DNA of 7,147 nucleotides from a virus: UHGV virus genome UHGV-1395224; one strand, 5' to 3'. Shown piece by piece: positions 5,439 to 7,147 of this stretch (position 1 is its first letter; each line of letters starts with the position of its first letter). The notes under the pieces were generated by a model. It saw only the letters and a program-made list of their open reading frames with translations, ran no database searches and was not told where the DNA came from. The position numbers and the translations under genes were made by a program.

Positions 5439-6680
5439 TCACACCACCTCTTTATTAAGCTCGATAACGTTGTTGTTAAATCCTGCTATCGTATTAAGGT
5501 AATTAACCCACATATTAAGCACCTCAAGTTTTTTCTTTATATGCCTGCTTTTATTGTAAACACCAGCAACCCCTTTCACTTTATGGCCTAAAAGAAGTTC
5601 CACAATATAAGGATCCGCCCCCATATCATTAAGCGCAGTGGAAAATGTGCGCCTGAAATCATGTATGCACCACAAGCCATTAGTATCATGACCAAGACGC
5701 CTGCATATTCTGTTTGCAGCCCCTGTTATTGTCGCCCTTTGCAAAGCACAACCGACAACATAACCGCGATTTTTTGTTTCTGCGTAAAGATTAACGATCC
5801 ATTGTTTTATTCCGTCAGGAACAGGCCTTACTATAGCCTCCTTGTTTTTGCTGTGCTCTTTTGGGACTGTCCATACCCAGTTTTTTAAATCCCATTCGTC
5901 CCAGGTGGATAGCCTCGCCTCCTGCTGTCGGCAACCAAACACCAGGCAGATAACCATTATTCTTCGGTTATATATTGATGACAGAGTTAGCAAATTATTA
6001 CCGTAAGCATAAGACCATACATCAGCGGTTTCATTGATATTAAGAACGCGATCCCTTATACCGGATGAGCGCCCGACATAACTTACGTTAATATCTCCAA
6101 AGGGATCGCACGCGATGTATTGCCTGACGCGACAAAAACGCAACGCCTGTTTGATATCAAGAAAAATTGCACCAGACATAACAGGCGCATTTTTTTTGAT
6201 CCTGTCAAAGACGGTAAGCCATGTGTGTAATTTGCACTGTTCTATAGCCATATCACCGATATAGGGGAAGATATGCTTTTCAAATCGTTTTATTAAATAT
6301 TCATGCTCTTTTCTGGCTGTTGTGGCGTGATTATCGTACCAGTAAAACAGCGCATCCCTTACGGTCACTGGTTGCATAGTTTTTTCGGCAGCAAGTTTTA
6401 TTTGCCTGCGGGGGTCCAGATTTTCAGCCAGCCATTCACGGCACTGATCACGCATGCGCCTGGCCGTTGCAAGAGACATGTCAGGATAGCGACCAAGTGT
6501 AAGCCATACCGGAGGGGATTCCCTGCCACCAAGACGATAGTAAAAAACAAAGCTGATCCCCCCAACCATGCTTACACGCACAGACAACCCGCGCCCATCC
6601 GCTATTGTTTTTTGTTTGTCCTGCCGTTTTCCGACAAGACTCTTTAACAGTTTGTCACTGAGTTTGTTTTCAATAGCCAT
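5439..6680 (-). CDS. int: Tyrosine recombinase / integrase, P4-like family, 413 aa
   Basis: N-terminal arm-binding-type region LSDKLLKSLVGKRQ...DGRGLSVRVSMVGGISFVFYYRLGG. C-terminal catalytic signature HDFRRTFST...LLGH...GVY. GAGGG lies 6 nt before the ATG. Confidence 0.9.
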   Translation of the reverse strand: MAIENKLSDKLLKSLVGKRQDKQKTIADGRGLSVRVSMVGGISFVFYYRLGGRESPPVWLTLGRYPDMSLATARRMRDQCREWLAENLDPRRQIKLAAEKTMQPVTVRDALFYWYDNHATTARKEHEYLIKRFEKHIFPYIGDMAIEQCKLHTWLTVFDRIKKNAPVMSGAIFLDIKQALRFCRVRQYIACDPFGDINVSYVGRSSGIRDRVLNINETADVWSYAYGNNLLTLSSIYNRRIMVICLVFGCRQQEARLSTWDEWDLKNWVWTVPKEHSKNKEAIVRPVPDGIKQWIVNLYAETKNRGYVVGCALQRATITGAANRICRRLGHDTNGLWCIHDFRRTFSTALNDMGADPYIVELLLGHKVKGVAGVYNKSRHIKKKLEVLNMWVNYLNTIAGFNNNVIELNKEVV

Positions 6681-6696
6681 TAAAAGCCCTCAAGAG

Positions 6697-6752
6697 ATTT
6701 GCAATACACACCCATCCCGATCGCCAATTTGCAATACACATTGCAATACACA
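6697..6752. repeat. Three direct repeats of TTGCAATACACA at 17-72 nt upstream of the int start; candidate recombinase arm-type or regulator binding sites
   Basis: ATTTGCAATACACA at 6697-6710 and 6727-6740 (30 bp apart); TTGCAATACACA again at 6741-6752, tandem to the second copy. Confidence 0.55.
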
Positions 6753-6828
6753 AAACCGCGAAAAACTGGAAGGGTGATGAACGGTCATCAAAAGCATGGA
6801 AAACGACATTCCAGACGCAGCAAGGGTT

Positions 6829-7147
6829 TCAGTGGAGTTGGCGAACGATGCGGGCAACTACGGTGAGATGATAGACATAAATCGCCTTCACAATGGCGCT
6901 CTGCAGCTGCGTGTTCTGCAGCGTGTCGAGCATCTTCATCTGCTCCATCACGCTGTAAAACACATTTGCACCGCGGGTCTGCCCGTCCTCCACGGGTTCA
7001 AAAACGTGAATGAACGAGGCGCGCCCGCCGGGTAACTCACGGGGTATCCATGTCCATTTCTGCGGCATCCAGCCAGGATACCCGTCCTCGCTGACGTAAT
7101 ATCCCAGCGCCGCGCCGCTGTCATTAATCTGCACACCGGCACGGCAG
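6829..7147 (-). pseudogene. Truncated internal fragment of a lambda-family portal protein gene (gpB-like), fused to 17 unrelated codons before a stop
   Basis: Minus-strand translation from the window edge reads CRAGVQINDSGAALGYYVSEDGYPGWMPQKWTWIPRELPGGRASFIHVFEPVEDGQTRGANVFYSVMEQMKMLDTLQNTQLQSAIVKA, which I recognise from memory as an internal segment of phage lambda portal protein B. After AIVKA the frame continues IYVYHLTVVARIVRQLH and stops at 6829-6831. No start codon in the window; the track's M at 7134 is a GTG. This stretch is visibly more GC-rich than the neighbouring integrase region. Confidence 0.65.

Larger units (their letters stand above)
305..6830 (-). mobile_element. Satellite-type integrative island (P4-like / PICI-like); boundaries uncertain
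   Basis: Co-directional int, alpA, small-ORF cassette, primase-helicase, iteron origin and SSB. Repeats upstream of int and a junction with foreign phage DNA at about 6875. Left boundary not identified; the island may continue past position 1. Confidence 0.55.

Noticed and set aside
5661-6777. Plus-strand ORFs 5661-5888, 6303-6647 and 6568-6777
   Set aside because: Antisense to the integrase gene, or spanning the repeat-rich int upstream region.
6681-6830. tRNA or tRNA 3' fragment as the integration target next to int
   Set aside because: I could not see a cloverleaf-compatible sequence or a CCA-proximal acceptor/T-arm pattern in this stretch. Only direct repeats and a short inverted repeat are present.
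6796-7142. Plus-strand ORF 6796-7035 and minus-strand ORF 6948-7142
   Set aside because: Antisense or out of frame relative to the portal-like reading frame, which carries the recognisable protein sequence.

Overview
The window reads as a compact satellite-type mobile island (P4-like or PICI-like), with almost every gene on the minus strand. In minus-strand order it runs: a truncated lambda-family portal gene fragment (6883-7147), a junction, tyrosine integrase (5439-6680), translationally coupled AlpA-family regulator (5180-5437), a Bro-N domain protein (4545-5123), a plus-strand Arc-like ribbon-helix-helix gene (4248-4421) bracketed by plus-strand intrinsic terminators and preceded by GGTAATTACC palindromes, four coupled small ORFs (3928 to 3016), a P4-alpha/D5-type primase-helicase (1268-3019), a dense GGTAGAG iteron array with an AT-rich spacer that looks like the origin (1027-1260), an 85-aa ORF coupled to an SSB-family protein (305-981), and an AT-rich left end with an ambiguous partial ORF. 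I found no tRNA, rRNA or CRISPR array. All protein-family calls come from reading the translations and from recalled family signatures, not from any database search. The points I would look at first are the portal-fragment/integrase junction, the insulated RHH-operator module opposite the Bro-N gene, the iteron origin, and the uncharacterised small-ORF cassette ahead of the primase.
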